Source: Felis catus (Eukaryota). Taken from it: a stretch of 64,000 bases of DNA. The stretch spans positions 185,568,001 through 185,632,000 of the forward strand of contig NC_058368.1 of NCBI RefSeq assembly GCF_018350175.1. The letters are read 5' to 3'. Both the position numbers and the translations under genes were made by a program. Below, one piece after another: positions 25,510-37,334 of this stretch. Under the pieces are notes generated by a model, which was not told the origin of the DNA, searched no databases, and was given only the letters and a program-made list of their open reading frames with translations. The number at the start of each line of letters is the position of its first letter. Positions within the stretch are counted from its first letter, which is position 1.

Positions 25510-27605
25510 TCTTTCATAAATCTAAATAGATATTATAGATTCCATGATGATAGTTATTCTCTTATGAATTTCGATGGATTTCCCGGTTACTGGATCTATG
25601 ATTTATATGTAGAAGCAATTTAGTGAATGCCTGTTGGGTTAATTACGGACAGATGGAAAAATGGCAAACAAGATGTTACACTGGATTGAGGGATAAGTAT
25701 GACCAGAGTATATGAGAAGGGGCTGGTCTGTACTCAGTAGAAAATGTACCCAAGATACATTGGTAAGAAATGGTAGTAAGATGGATCTGAAATCCATCTT
25801 TGCATAAGGATGAAATTAAGAACACCTATAGTAAATCAAGTAGTACTCTATACACCTACCTCAGTTTGCTCATTTGTAAAATCGGGGTAGTAGTCATACT
25901 TACAAAGTTGTCAGGGTCCTAAATGGCATAAGACATGTAAACATGAATATGTGGAATCCAGTGAACCTGTCAATAAGTGGAAACTTTAATTATAATGTAT
26001 GCATGCATTTAGGAAGACTGAGCCTTTGATGTTGTACGGTGATACTACCATGAATTGAAGCTAAAAAGTGTCCTATTTTCCTAGTGGTTCTAAAATTGGC
26101 AAGTGCTGCATTCCGCTCCAGTCCAGTCTTGCAAAGCATTGTACTTAATGTTACAGAAAGATGTGTTAATTTTGGCTGTCACAGCTGGATATTTATTAAA
26201 TGTAAGCGTTTCATCTGCAAGAACAGGAATTTCAAAACACATGCAGGCATTCTCTTACATAATTAGGACATAGGATTTATTCACATTTTAAGCCTTATGC
26301 ACGTGGCTTAAAAATTAAGGAATTTATACACAAGGTCTATATATACACGTTAAGTTCTGTGAGGATCAAAAATGTCATAATACAACATATTGCCATTAAA
26401 AAGCATTTGTCAGTTATATGTAATGATGGTTGAAGATAAGACTATGTAATAAATTGCAAATTTTGTGTAACACAAACATAAAAAATAGCCTGTTAATAAC
26501 CAAATTTTAATTGTGTGATTGAAAAGGATACTAAAATGACATCAATACGAGACTGATGGAGGCTAGAATAACCTAAGAAGTCTTTGTGAGGAGCTGGGTC
26601 TTGGGCTTTGAAGCACAAATCAGTAGAAAGAAATGGAGCTGACAATTTTAGAAGGGAGAAATGGCATTAGAAAAGGATTAGAGGAAGTGTGACCATATTT
26701 AAAAATGGGAGGTGATAGGAATTATCATCTCTAAGGAGAGTTGGGCATAGAAGACTTACAGAAATGTTTCCAATTTTGGAAATTTTGCTTAAGCTCCCTA
26801 ACCACCTCAAGTAAGAACAGGGCTGGTGTTCAGTATATGGCCTGCAAAACCTAGCATGACTGTCTTTGTCATTACTACCTTGGCTCCTGCCTTTGTTTTC
26901 ATCTTTAATTTATGGGCACTGTACTTTGACTTGTGCTAGAAAAAGAGAAATAAAAACAAAGTAAGAAAAGCAGGTTTAAGCTTCAGCTAGCCATGCCTTT
27001 TCATGACTTCTCTGAAGATGTTCAGGCTCTTTCTCTACTAATTGGCCCTATTATATGTAATTTGACTGTTGAGAAGATTTTTCCTGGAGAAGGAGAATAA
27101 ATGAAGAGCAAAATGCAGATGTTCAAGTATCAAGCCTCATTAATTAGAGACATATTAACTAATGCTAATAGACTACTTGCTGTGCCTCAAGGGATTGATG
27201 GGAGAGGTGAAAGAGACTTTATTTTATGTCAATCTGTCCTGTTTTCTTAGATTTTATGACAAGGCCCAAACAAGAATACTGTGTAAATGTTCCCATCTGG
27301 GATAGATAAAACATCATTTTGTCAGACTTAGTCATTTGCTTATCCAATTGAGGTTTTAAGGTATGCACTTATTCTGGTATCGCCTTGATTAATTTTGCCA
27401 TTTTTTTCATACCAAAATCTTGTCAATTACATAATATTACTCCTTTAATCCATTTCCTGGTTTATGACATAAATGTATTTTAAGGGAAAATTTTATGTCA
27501 ATAATAGAAAGCCAGCATTATTGTCTCTGAATAGAAATATTTACTATGCAAAAATAATAAAACCAAATGTTACTCTACCCTAGTTAATATAGTTGCTTCC
27601 TATAG

Positions 27606-27720
27606 ATGGAGTCAGAAGCCCTCACTCTCTTAAAAAGCAGGATTTGTTAAAAGGAGGAATGACAGAACAAAAACACATGGATTTCTCATATGATTCATTA
27701 TTCTTCAGCACCATATCCAG
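27606..27720 (+). CDS. Candidate exon (115 nt; DGVRSPHSLKKQDLLKGGMTEQKHMDFSYDSLFFSTISR)
   Basis: Acceptor ttgcttcctatag|, donor CAG|gtacca; a single open frame (phase 1 to 2). Confidence 0.3.
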
Positions 27721-27979
27721 GTACCACGTAAACCCATCTGGCTTACTGGTGTTGAGAGACAGTAGTGAAAGGAAAAGAAGGCAAAATAAATGATATGAGC
27801 CTGTCCTTGCCCTACTGAGCAGTGACCTGGTTCTGTTTTGCATAGGCCACAAGCTCTGTATGAGCTTAAAATCCCCATTCTGCATTCTGACATAGGTAGT
27901 TTACACGTAAGTAATTTCTCTAAGATTTTAATGCTTTATAGTTTTTTAACCCTTTTAAAATGGGTCCATTACATTTGTT

Positions 27980-29850
27980 CATGGAGTCTTAAATATTCTT
28001 TGACTGTCAACCAGATGCCAGAGGCTTTCCTAGGTACCAGAGATTCAGTAGATGAACAAAAAGAAATTCCTGCCTTCATGAAAGCCATTAACAAGAGATG
28101 ATAGATACGTGCATAGATGATGATCAATGTTATAAAGGAATTTAACTTGGAAAAGGGGAACATAGGGAATTTAGAAAGGGATAGGCCAAAAAACGAGGCT
28201 CAGAGAAAAGGTGATAGTTGATCTAAAGCCTAAATTAGGTAAGGAGTAGAGTTGATCCAATGGAGGTTACATATCTTAGCAAAGAATGTTATAGAGGAAA
28301 GAGTGACCACAAAACCCTTGGGTATATTTAAGACGCAGCAAGGTTGTCTTTGCTGCTAGAGTAGAGTGAGAAAGAAGAGAGAAAAACAGAGGTAATGAGA
28401 GGCTACATCACTTAGGGTATTGTAAGACATTGGATGGATTTTGGCTTTTACTCAGTGAAATAGGAAGTTCTGCAAGATCTGCGAATAATATCTTAAGGTA
28501 CATCTGAAAAAATTTTTCTAATGTTTATACTTGTTTTTCAGAGACAAAGACATGCCACGAGTTGGGGAGGGGCAGAGAGAGAGAGAGGGAGACACACAAT
28601 CTGAAGCAGGCTCCAGGCTCTGAGCTGTCAGCACAGAGCCCGATGCGGGGCTCTAACTCATGAGCTGTGAGATCATGACCTGAGCCAAAGTCGGACGCCA
28701 CCCATGCGCCCCTATCTTAAGGTACATTTTAAATGATCATTGGGCTACTGTCTAAATAATGGATTGCTTTACTGTTATGAAACTGTAAGGTAGTTGAAAA
28801 TAGGAATACCTATGGCTATTGGAGTGATACAGGCAAAAGATACTGTTGACTTAAACCACAGTGGTAGTGGGGGTGATGAGTTTTCTGAAAATACAGGAAA
28901 GTAGAGCTAGTACAATTTCTTGGTTGACTGAGAGGAATGATTCAAAAGGCTTTGGCCTTAACAATTGGGAAGATAGCATTCTCAATCACTGAGTTGGGCA
29001 GTATTGTGGGAAGAACAGATTTTGGTGGGAGGGTGGAGTGGGGTAGATGAAGAATTCAGTTTGGGGTATAATTTTAAATGTCTCATGAATATCTAAGTGT
29101 AGATGTCAGGTAAACAGCTGAATATTTTAAAATGAAGTTGATATGAGGTTAGGTTAGAAAACTAAATTTTAAGGCAATAGCTTATAGATAGCATTTAAAA
29201 TAATGAGACTAGATGAAATCACCAAAGTAATGAGTTTATAAAGCCTACAAAGGCACTTTGGGCAGAGTTTTGTTTAGTGGTTGGGGATATGAAGTGAGAT
29301 GGGCAAAGAAGATGAAAAGTGAAATCTAGAAGTATGTAGTGTCCAGAAAACCACCGTGAAGGAAGTGTTCAAGGAGGATGGATAAAATGTTAAATGTGCA
29401 GTTTAACAACAATGAAGTCTGAGGCTTATATAATTTGAGAATATAAAGATTATTAGTCACTTTGACAGTAGTACTTCTAATGAAGAATTGGACACATTAG
29501 ACTGATAGGGGATCAGTAGAGAATAAATGGAGATATTGGGAAAAGGGAGCATATAAAACTTTCAAAGCATTTTGATGTACATGAAATGGAATACTGGTGT
29601 TACTTATAGGGGGAAAGGAGGTCAAGATAGGGTTTGTTTTCAAAGATGGCAGAAATTACAATGTATGTATCAACTGAAGGAAAAAAAAATCTAGGAGAAA
29701 GAACTAGTCAGAAGGATGTAAGGAAATTGCTGGATCCATGTCCTTGAATAGGCAAAAGAACATTAGATATAATGCACAAATGAAATGGTTAGCTTTTCAG
29801 TAGAATATGGATAGCTCATCTGTAATAACGGGAGGAAACAGAGGAGATGT
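27980..29850 (-). mobile_element. Long degraded L2 element
   Basis: Purine-rich reversed-L2 motifs (ggattttggcttttactcag, gaattcagtttgggg...agatgtcaggtaaacagctg, actagatgaaatcacc). Confidence 0.65.
28504..28712 (-). mobile_element. Can-SINE nested in L2
   Basis: Perfect TSD tatcttaaggtacat at 28489-28503 and 28713-28727; small deletion in the head. Confidence 0.94.
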
Positions 29851-31775
29851 GGGCTCAAATGGTCTCTGTTCTGTAATTGAATCATCTTTCCATTTTGTAC
29901 AAGGTCTATAACTTTGGGTGGCCTTTTTATGCATTATGTATTATAGAATACCTTTTAGGACACGGATAAAATTTTCTTCTTAGGGGCATTTTTCAGTAGT
30001 AATATCTCACACCTCTGATGGTCTTTCCTGAACTCTAATAATACCTAGTAATTGATTTAAAATATACTCATTACTTAACATATGAAGCCTTGTTCTGTCC
30101 CCCATTTCTCAGTTAAAAGCTGAAGTTTTCTGTAATGTATTCACATAACCACCTTGTAGATTCATAGGCTTTTTTAGGACCCCACATCTGTCACTTTTTT
30201 CTACGTCTTTGTAACTTTTCAAGAGTTATATCCTTCCCTCCTTTTGCCTATGGTTTTTAGTCCATGTCTTTGTATTGCCAGATCTCAAACTGCGTTGCAA
30301 ATATTCCTGTTGATCTCACCTATTGACTCTTTAGGATAGGGATTGTATCTTATTTATATTAAGCATTCCCAACTGTGAATAGTTTGTCTTTTACATCATA
30401 GGTGAAGAATTTACAAATGAAAAAATGCTAGCGTTATGTTCGGTATGTATGTGCTGATTAGATCAAACTCAACTATTGCTCCCTATGATTTGAATTCATC
30501 ATGACCTTACTGGTACTAAAGGTGGTCATTTAATTTCCTAAGAGGTTACTAAATGGAATTAAGACACAGGAAAGAGGATGATTTATGTATGACATGAAAC
30601 AGAGCATGAGTATCTTTGTTTACTACAGTAAATAGATAACACCATCAGTAAGACTAATCTAGAAACCCCTCATCCTTGGGCATTATACAACTAGTGTTTC
30701 TCAGTTTTGTTGATGTTTTTGGTTTGTTCTCTTCTGTCCCAATTTCACTTAGTTCATTTCATTGAATTACACATTTGCTAAAAATATATTATTACTGTCT
30801 ATTATCCAGGTGTCCTTATATTCTGGACTAATATAATGTTGTCAATCATAATAAAATTTTAGAAAATAAATTAGAAAAGAAGAAAAGCTTAGAAAAGAAA
30901 AGGACAAGTAGGTTCCATCTTGTATACCAATGTAATTCTGAGAGTGGATTGTTGATTGAGATTTGTGAGGCAGCTTCAGGTTTAGTGGCAAAGTCTAAGA
31001 TAACTTCTATCTATCCTAAACTACTACTCTCTCATCCTTCCTTCAATTCCTCTAATGAATGAAACTCTGGAGACTTCATCTCTTCTGGAGTCTTTATATG
31101 TCAAAAACACTCTTAATCCGACTCTTCTTTTTACCTTAAAATCCTTCATTGCCCAATTTTGGTTAAGATATCATTCCGTTAGATGTAACTTTGCTCTCCC
31201 TACCCACTCCTTTGTCAATTCTGCCATTTTTTTATTCCAATTACCAAGTTATTTGAAGGTTCCTACAACAAATAATAACTGGAATTTGTGACCTTAAGTG
31301 AGATTTATCTAGCAGAGTACTTGACATACAGCTCACACTTCATACATATTTTTAAATTAATAATACATGGCTGCATGGATGGATAGATGCATGGACAAAT
31401 GGATGGTGAGTGGGTATGTGGAATACTAAGACCTATTACCTTTCACTGTTGACTTAGAATACATATATATTAGGTTTGGAGGGGTTTTTGTCAGTAAAAT
31501 AAAACAAGATATTTTAAAGCTTTCATTTAAAAGGATTTTAATGCTTATATAATGTATATTTGAATAGATGAACCATTGAATCTCTACTATAAGACAAATG
31601 TGGTGAAAGTATGTTATGTCTATAACAATTCTGTTCCCCAAAATTATCCTGCAACTTAAGTAGTTGCAAAATCTTTATTTTGCAGACAAGGAATCTGAGA
31701 CTTAAAAAAGTCTATCAAACTTAAGGTCCTGTAGCTAAGAGGTGGGAGAATGGAGTATTAAGCCTAGAACTCTGA

Positions 31776-31899
31776 GGGTCGCCTGGGTGGCTCAGTCAGT
31801 TAAGCTTCTGGCTCTTGATTTCAGCTCAGGTCATGATCTCATGGTTGGTGGGTTCAAGCCTGTATTGGGCTCTGTGGTGACAACATGGAACCTGCTTCC

Positions 31900-31954
<55 letters not shown>

Positions 31955-32066
31955 TCTCTTTCTCTTTCTCTTTCTCTTTCTCTTTCTCTTTCTCTTTCTC
32001 TCTTTTTCTCTCTTCCCTTCCCCCATTTGCTGTCTCTCAAAATAAATAAACATAAAAAAAAAAAAA
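31776..32066 (+). mobile_element. Can-SINE with (CT)n+(CTCTTT)n expansion, nested in MIR
   Basis: SINE head and tail; TSD core gaactctga. Confidence 0.92.
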
Positions 32067-32274
32067 CTGGAACTCTGACTCTAAGACCATAGGTCTTTTC
32101 ACTAAATAGAGCCACCTCTATGTAAAATGTTAAAGTTGTTCTAAAAGTAAAAATTAATCCATCACAGAGTTCTATATTATGCATTATTTTCAAAATAAGC
32201 CTTGATTAGATTAAATTGCTGCTATATTGATAAGCACATAATAAAATTTGGTAGCAAGGACAATGATGCTATGT

Positions 32275-32610
32275 AGAGGTTGCAAACTGGTAACCTCTGA
32301 GCCAGATATGCCTGGGATTAAGGGTGCCAGAGGTTTAGGAAGGAAGAAATGGAAATAGTATTTTAAAAATCTAAGCCAGTACTGTGTGAATTAGAAGAAT
32401 TCACACATAACAAATTCCAGATATCTGGCTTCTCCTGAGCAATCTATAGCTACTTTAACATAGGACTCCAGTCTGCCTGGCAACAGTGAGTTTGAGCCTG
32501 ACACTTCATGCCTCTTTAAATGTGCAAACACCCTCCAGTTCACTACTCCCAGTAGGCTAGTTTATTTTGATAACGTATCTGGTAACTTTAGGTACTTGCA
32601 TTTGAAAAAG
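32275..32610. mobile_element. MER102-like hAT-Charlie fossil
   Basis: gaggttgcaaactgg start; aattccagatatctggcttctc...ctggcaacagtgag motifs. Confidence 0.55.
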
Positions 32611-33280
32611 TCAAATAATACATCTAAGATCTCTGTTTTAAATAGAATTTCAGGAGTGTTTCATTTTCCTTATTTTCCACTTCTCTACACAATTGAGTTC
32701 TATCAAATGGTAGCAAAATATAAGAAGGGAGAAGGACTTCTGAAGATGGCAACCTCTTTATTTCTCTAGTGGTACTACATCAAATGTTAATACCAGAGCT
32801 TAAAACACGCTCAACTGCAAAAATTGTAGTTAATGTAAAAATGGAGTAATGGAATTACTTAAAATTATTGAAGACAAATTTGCATCTAGTTCTATGATAC
32901 TGAGAAATCCCTGATTAAGCTATAATAATAGACAGTTGAGAGGATGGGGGGAAAACTTAAGATGAATCACCATCTAAAACTCGAGATTGAGTTTCAGTTT
33001 ATACTAATGTTCACTTTTAAGAGAATTTTAGTAACTTCCTTTAATCCTAATTGAGTTAAAAAAATTATTTCTAGTTTGCCATGTTTGTTTTACATTTCCG
33101 TGGCATGAGACTTGTTAGAGAAAAAAGGAAAAAACATCGTATAATTTTAGAGTTATTTATGTTGTCTTGCTCATGATTTACAGGTAGTTCCGAATGAATG
33201 AGGTCTTGTATATAAGATGGTCTTGTATATAATTGATGGTTCAGTAATCTGTTGCATTGGGATAGTTGATGAAAAAAAAA

Positions 33281-33859
33281 ATATATATATATATACAAAT
33301 CTGTATATATATATACACAGATATTTGTATATATATATATTTGTATATATATATATACAGATTTGTATATATATATATATATTTGTATATATATATATTT
33401 GTATATATATATATTTGTATATATATATACAAATCTGTATATATATATATATACAAATCTGTATATATATATATATACAAATCTGTATATATATATATAC
33501 AAATCTGTATATATATATATACAAATCTGTATATATATATATATACAAATTGTATATATATATATACAATCTGTATATATATATATACATATATATATAC
33601 ATATATATACATATATATGTGTATATATATATACAATCTGTATATATATATATATATATACAAATTGTATATATATATATACAAATCTGTATATATATAT
33701 ATACACAGATATTTGTATATATATATATTTGTATATATATATATATTTGTGTATATATATATACAAATTTGTATATATATATATATATTTGTATGTATAT
33801 ATATATATATATATATATATACAAATCTGTATATATATATATATATATATACAGATTTG
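33281..33859. repeat. Interrupted (TA)n minisatellite with inverted units
   Basis: (TA)n blocks separated by caaatctg, cagatttg, tttg and cacagatatttg; the source of six spurious Y/I-rich ORFs. Confidence 0.97.
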
Positions 33860-34665
33860 CCTTCAATCATTTTAAGATCCTATTGAGGTAGAAACCATAA
33901 AAGTAAATGAATAAATTGATATATTTTCTACCATATAAAGGGACTAAATAATGTTTTTTATTCTATCCCCTTTTGCTAAAAGAGAGCAAAAGAATTTAGC
34001 CAGTGGGCCCACAGTAGCCCTCGAGAAAGCTGAAGAAATTCAATACCAAAATAAAACCAACTTCAAATACAGGTTAGGTGTGTCTCTAACCTTAATGTAA
34101 TCATGAGATCTAAACCTACCACACATGAATTTTTGAGAATGACTACTAGTATCATTTGAGCCCTCTTGATTATAAATGGACAGTACCACCTAGCCAATGC
34201 TTCGAATAGAACTTTATCAGAATTACCTGGTTATTCAATCCATTTACAACTACACTGGTCTAGATATATAAAATAGAGATTTAGTCAGCTGTCCAAATAA
34301 TCATTGTTTGTGTGCATGAAAGGATACCATTTCACACACTTTCAGGATTCACTAAAATATAGCTTAATGTGTTGAGAAATTAAAGTCACAAGTTATAACC
34401 TTTTGAATTAAACTGATCTTTTCTCTCAGGCTCACTGTGGAATTGGGGAATCATGTCACCAATAGTGCTGGGTACTCTGGCTACAGGTGGACATCTAAGG
34501 AATGTGGTACCAAGTAGAAAAATGACTTAAGTTTTTCTAACCCCACACCCAAGGGTTAGAAAAATCATCTAGTGGAATCATTTTTTCATCTCCTTGGTAA
34601 AATATTTTTAATAAATTGTTCTAAAATACATTATACAAACTCAAGTAATAAAGACTATTTGCCTT

Positions 34666-34837
34666 AAGTTTTATTTATTTATTTTGAGAGATAGAGAAAG
34701 AGAGCAGGGGAGGGGCAGAGAGAGAATACCAGGCAGGCTTTGTGCTGACAGCATGGCTCAAACTCACTAATGGTGAGATCATGACCTGAGCCGAAATCGA
34801 GTTGGTTGCTTAACTGACTGAGCCACCCAGGTGCTCC
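34666..34837 (-). mobile_element. Can-SINE (shortened)
   Basis: Reverse SINE; flank tgcctt on both sides. Confidence 0.88.
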
Positions 34838-36314
34838 TGCCTTTTTTTATAGATGAACCATTCTATCAGTGAAGTATGTTTTCTTTTTTTTTCTAGTAAC
34901 TAAAAATGTTTATAACCTATTCATATATTTATATAGCTAATGTGTATTGAATACTTGTGTGTCCTGCATTGTACTATATTCTTGATATACACTATTCACA
35001 AGTAATTCCATTTGGTATCTAATACTAGATGAGATGTCTGCAGATCAGTCAGTTTAAATTATCTGTGTTGAGAAAGAGATCTAAGATTTTATTTCACCTT
35101 CATCCAATCCAAAGTCTGCAGAGAAACACTATGCTGTCCCAGTAAAATAGATTTACACACACACATATGTACACACCTATTCACACATAAAAATACATGT
35201 GAGCACACATAAACAGGTGAAATATAACTGATATGAATTATTCATGAATTAATGAATGTTTAAAATGAGTACTGCATACATATGTATAGGTATGAGGGTA
35301 TTTCCTGAATTTTCATAGAATTCTAATATCAAACTCATTATTTCCCCTTCAACCTTTATTGCTTTCTCCAGAAAGCTCTAATTTTGTCATAACCATCTTA
35401 CCATCTATCCATTGGATGTTTGCAATCTTCATGCTTTCATCTCCCTCATTTATCCTATGCAGTGTCTCTATGCTTTATGCCTTTGCCAAGGGAGGGCTTT
35501 GAATTTGCTTTGCGGGCAGCTGATTCTAGTTGCTTATTTTGTGACTGCATCATGAAGTACCTTATTCTTAGAGAATCCTTGCTAATATACTAGCTATGAG
35601 TTTGACTTATTTCTTCTTTTACAGACATCTGTGTACTAATTGAAAGCTTTTCAGACTAAAACAATTTCAAGAACTAAATGTACTTTTTTCCCCATGAAAA
35701 TGTTTGCCTCAGAATTTCTATGGAGTCTTGAACATTTCAACGGTCTGTTTACAGTTGCCCGTCAAAAGATCTATTCTGCCTCTGTGTTGAATATTGCCAC
35801 CATCCTTCTGTGACACAGGATAATTTCTCTGGCAGACAGTTTTTGAAAAGACATGCCTCTTATTATATAAGGCTTGACTATATATATAGTTACTAGTCCA
35901 TTATGGGACAATAGATCAGAATTGATCCAATCTGTCAAACCCTATTCCAGTTTGAAGTAATGTTTTTATCAATGACAAAACAGTGAAGGCTTGTTTGATA
36001 TACACTATCAAATGGACTTCAAATATATTAAACAGAATATCTAAAATAAGTTAATACTTATAGTATATTTAATAACCTGAAGAGAAGACCTTCTATATGT
36101 ACATGAGTCATTATGAAGGTTTGGAATCTTAGGTTTGAACAATGAAGGGAATCTTTCTGTGTAGCCAATTCTGAAGAGAGCCTGACTGTTTTTAAAAATG
36201 GCAAGAGAAACAGATACAGGTATCCTCAGAAGATTTGAATGGTGGTGGTGAAAATAAGCTTATATTTGCTTGATTAGTCTATCTTAACAGGTTTTAACAA
36301 AATAACAGGGACTT

Positions 36315-36316
<2 letters not shown>

Positions 36317-36362
<46 letters not shown>
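36317..36362. repeat. (CT)n microsatellite
   Basis: Direct observation. Confidence 0.95.
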
Positions 36363-36369
<7 letters not shown>

Positions 36370-37334
36370 TAACCAAAGGGACTCTTAATTTTCCTTTCCT
36401 AACCAGAACACTGCAGTAAAGATACATTCTGGAAAGGATTTCAAATGTTAGGAAATTAGAAGATGAGAAGCTCTCATAATAGGACTTTGTCTATGTTGTT
36501 CCATTGAACATATGGAACAAATCAGGCACAACCAGGCTTTAAAGGACCCATGAATTTTTCCTACCTCATTATCAGTTGCAGACATGGGTGGAGAGCCTGC
36601 TCACAAGGAAGCCTGGGGGACCAGAGTATAACGGAGGTGACGGTGCAGTGTTTCGGAAACAGACTTTAACTACCTGTGGGGGAGTGTGGGGTTTGTCTTT
36701 GATGACTTGACTGGATATTTAATATGTAGATTATTTATAGTCCTTAGATAAATAGTTGATAGATCCTTGCCAATGCTGGCATAAAAACATTCCTTGGTTG
36801 AAGGAATAATGGCTTGACCAGGAGTCAAACTTGCTGAGCTTTAGCTCTAACTCCCATATCAACTAGTTTTATTAACCTATGGCAGATGACAATTACTGGT
36901 TCAATGTCATCTCTTGTCAGGAATAATTAATATATGCATATGAAGACATGAAATGCCTATGAGAATTAACTCTGAGGTACAAAAAAAGTCTGACATGTGA
37001 TATACAGCCTCTGGCTCCGCATACATAAAAATTATATACTAAATTAGAAAAAAATCAACCAAAAATATAGACAGTTTATTTATTTATTTATTTTTTAGAA
37101 TGTCTTTATTTTTTAATATATGAAATTTATTGTCAAATTGGTTTCCATATAACACCCAGTGCTCATCCCAAAAGATGCCCTCTTCAATACTCATCACCTA
37201 CCTTCCCCTCCCTCCCACCCCCCATCAACCCTCAGTTTGTTCTCAGTTTTTAAGAGTCTCTTATGCCTTGGCTCTCTCCCATTCTAACCTCTTTTATTTT
37301 CCTTCCCCTCCCCCATGGTCTTCTTTTAAGTTTC

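Noticed and set aside
31742..32193. LS-, RK- and RE-repeat ORFs
   Set aside because: Translation of the SINE microsatellite.
33281..33859. Repeat-spacer appearance resembling CRISPR
   Set aside because: Units are microsatellite blocks with recurring, non-unique interruptions; mammalian DNA; no cas genes.
33071..33891. Six long Tyr/Ile-rich ORFs (170-231 aa)
   Set aside because: Artefacts of stop-free (TA)n repeat.
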